NCBI GenBank assembly: GCA_013203315.1 | Contig: JABMQJ010000001.1 | Coordinates: 16,382 to 80,381 of the forward strand | Length of the DNA: 64,000 bases | Direction of reading: 5' to 3' | From: Candidatus Omnitrophota bacterium | Lineage (GTDB): Bacteria > Omnitrophota > Gorgyraeia > JABMRN01 > RBG-13-46-9 | Shown here: piece by piece, positions 62,478 through 64,000 of the stretch | How positions within the stretch are numbered: the first letter of the stretch is position 1 | Layout of the letters: each line of letters starts with the position of its first letter | The notes under the pieces: generated by a model | Told to the model about the DNA's origin: nothing | Databases searched by the model: none | Seen by the model: the letters and a program-made list of their open reading frames with translations, nothing else | Position numbers and translations under genes: made by a program

Positions 62478-63044
62478 CTACTCGACCAGGTCTTTTCCAA
62501 GCTCAAATGCCTTATCCAGGTAATCGGGGTGTTTTAAGATGTCTTCCTTCCCCTCAATCCCCTGGCAGAAAAGCTCAAGCTTATAGGCCGCATCTATGCT
62601 GACGAAGAAATTCTTCACTATGGATTTGGCGTTATCGAAAAAGTCCTGCCTTTTTGAGGCCTCTACGGAAATAAAGGCGCCTCGTTTGGTTTTTTCACGG
62701 TGAGCTTCCTTATTTAATATGTATTTATATCTCCAATCGCACTGAAAGCGATCAATCATGATTTTGGTCTGCGCACTTAAAGATCCGAAAAATATGGGAG
62801 ACGCTATAATAATGGCGTCGGCTTTTTTAATCTTCTCGTAAACCGGCTGAAAGTCGTCTTCCAGTATACATGTCCCGTCATCCCTTACATATTCGCATTC
62901 CTGGCAGGCCATTATTCTAAAGGTATTCAAAATAACCTTCTCTACTTCAGCGCCTTTTGATTTTGCGCCTTCGAGGGCCTTATCGAGCAGGGTATCGGTA
63001 TTTCCGTGTATTCTAGGGCTACCATTTATTCCCAATACGTACAT
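62478..63044 (-). CDS. NAD(P)H-dependent FMN reductase / iron-sulfur flavoprotein-like protein
   Basis: Flavodoxin-like fold (LGINGSPR...IIASPIFFGS) with a Cys cluster CQECEY...C. Confidence 0.6.
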   Translation of the reverse strand: MYVLGINGSPRIHGNTDTLLDKALEGAKSKGAEVEKVILNTFRIMACQECEYVRDDGTCILEDDFQPVYEKIKKADAIIIASPIFFGSLSAQTKIMIDRFQCDWRYKYILNKEAHREKTKRGAFISVEASKRQDFFDNAKSIVKNFFVSIDAAYKLELFCQGIEGKEDILKHPDYLDKAFELGKDLVE

Positions 63045-63068
63045 CTTTGTGTCCTCCGTTCGTTTTTT

Positions 63069-64000
63069 TTAAAGATACGTTCCGCTTTCTAAGTAATTTA
63101 CGTAATCTTTTACAGCTTTCTCTAAACTATGGAATTCGTGAAGATCGAAAAACTTATGTATTTTGTTCGCTTCTTTCAGCTTCTTAAGATCCGCTTCGGT
63201 GAAATACTGGTATTTATCTTTAAGGGTCTCCGGCATGTCAAAATATTCGATTTTGGGTTTCATGCCAAGGGCTGAAAAGATCGCGTTTGCCAGTTCGTTC
63301 CAGGTCCCGGCCTTACCGGTTCCTATATTGTAAAGGCCTCTTGCCTCGGGGTGCTCAACAAAATGATACACAAGCTCCACGGCGTCTTTTACGTAAACAA
63401 AATCTCTTTTTTGTTCTCCGGCTTTATATTTTGGTTTATACGAATTAAAAAGGCGTATCATGCCTTTTGTTTTTATCTGTTTGTACCCTTTATTAACCAT
63501 GCTGCGCATGTCGCCCTTATGGCCTTCGTTTGGGCCGAAGACATTGAAAAATTTAAATCCTACGAATTCCTCCTCGAGGCCGTTTCTTAAAACCCACAGA
63601 TCAAAGGCGTGCTTGGAATAACCATAGACGTTTAGCGGCTTAAGCCTGGGGGTTACTTCATCGGTGTCGGAATAACCCTCTTCGCCTGCGCCGTAGGTTG
63701 CCGCGCTTGAGGCATATAAAAATCTTTTCTTAGTTTTAAGAGCCCAATCGGCAATTCTTCTTGAATAGACATAGTTATTCTCCATCATGTATGTTGCGTT
63801 TTGCTCGGTTGTGGAAGTGCATGCGCCCAGATGAATAACAATGTCTATATTCCGATTTAGCTTACCGCTTTCCAGGTAATCCAAAAATTTGTCCTTCTCA
63901 AAGTAGTTCTCAAAACGTTTTCCGGTTAAATTTTTCCACTTCTCGGAGGAACCCAGATGGTCAACTACCGTAATATCCGTAATCCCGGCGTTATTAAGCC
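63069..64000 (-). CDS. hldD: ADP-L-glycero-D-manno-heptose-6-epimerase, 5' end beyond window
   Basis: The reading frame continues upstream of the track's TTG at 63884 (LNNAGITDITVVDHLGSSEKWKNL...). SDR-family epimerase with HldD-like C-terminus. Confidence 0.7.
   Translation of the reverse strand, partial: LNNAGITDITVVDHLGSSEKWKNLTGKRFENYFEKDKFLDYLESGKLNRNIDIVIHLGACTSTTEQNATYMMENNYVYSRRIADWALKTKKRFLYASSAATYGAGEEGYSDTDEVTPRLKPLNVYGYSKHAFDLWVLRNGLEEEFVGFKFFNVFGPNEGHKGDMRSMVNKGYKQIKTKGMIRLFNSYKPKYKAGEQKRDFVYVKDAVELVYHFVEHPEARGLYNIGTGKAGTWNELANAIFSALGMKPKIEYFDMPETLKDKYQYFTEADLKKLKEANKIHKFFDLHEFHSLEKAVKDYVNYLESGTYL

Overview
This window is bacterial chromosomal DNA and is gene-dense. Nearly all genes are on the minus strand; the abundance of Fe-S, rubredoxin, rubrerythrin and hydrogenase proteins suggests an anaerobe. 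No rRNA, tRNA, CRISPR array, transposase or integrase is recognisable.

Layout from start to end:
1. 0-7.2 kb: a group-4 energy-converting [NiFe] hydrogenase module (NuoL/D/C/B/H-like subunits) plus a HydB/HydG-like Fe-S/FAD module, with rex immediately upstream.
2. 7.9-19.6 kb: a redox and oxidative-stress gene string. It holds Ogg, trxB, glutaredoxin, superoxide reductase, rubrerythrin, ferritin, a NifU-like protein, an Rrf2 regulator, an FNR-like reductase, a 4Fe-4S protein plus a radical SAM/Cys-rich protein, an Lpd-like flavoprotein, and a rubredoxin that the ORF track missed.
3. 19.6-21.6 kb: a DedA/TVP38 membrane protein, a DUF2064 protein and a GT2 glycosyltransferase, preceded by a small uORF and alternative hairpins.
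4. 21.8-27.8 kb: cusCBA-like RND metal efflux genes plus csoR.
5. 28.0-29.8 kb: nifS-nifU on the plus strand.
6. 30.3-42.4 kb: an unusual block of small same-strand ORFs. They are mostly hypothetical or accessory, and include a tautomerase, paralogous lipoproteins, ArfB, zinc-ribbon and membrane proteins, a PhoU-like protein, a NYN/YacP RNase, an ECF sigma / FecR-TPR anti-sigma pair, and a secreted acidic repeat protein. The ORFs are punctuated by two families of intergenic repeats. One is a conserved ~28-nt core plus a GC palindrome lying 13-50 nt upstream of start codons; the other is a REP-like hairpin at gene 3' ends. This is the most unusual part of the window.
7. 42.4-47.6 kb: housekeeping genes (U32 peptidase, plsC, greA, yjbQ).
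8. 47.6-63 kb: a long sulfur-carrier-protein-based sulfur assimilation cluster. It contains a ThiI-like PP-loop protein, Thi4, a ThiF/MoeB E1, a ThiS/MoaD-like carrier with a GGSR tail, a ThrC-like enzyme, TusA, a small sulfite reductase, a ThiS-CysK fusion, the siroheme/heme genes hemL, hemB, cobA-hemD, hemC and hemA, a JAMM protease, a PiT permease, an Fe-S APS/PAPS reductase, and an Rrf2 regulator with a perfect palindromic operator.
9. 63-64 kb: a partial hldD.

Coordinates of hand-called small ORFs and motifs are approximate (within a few nt).
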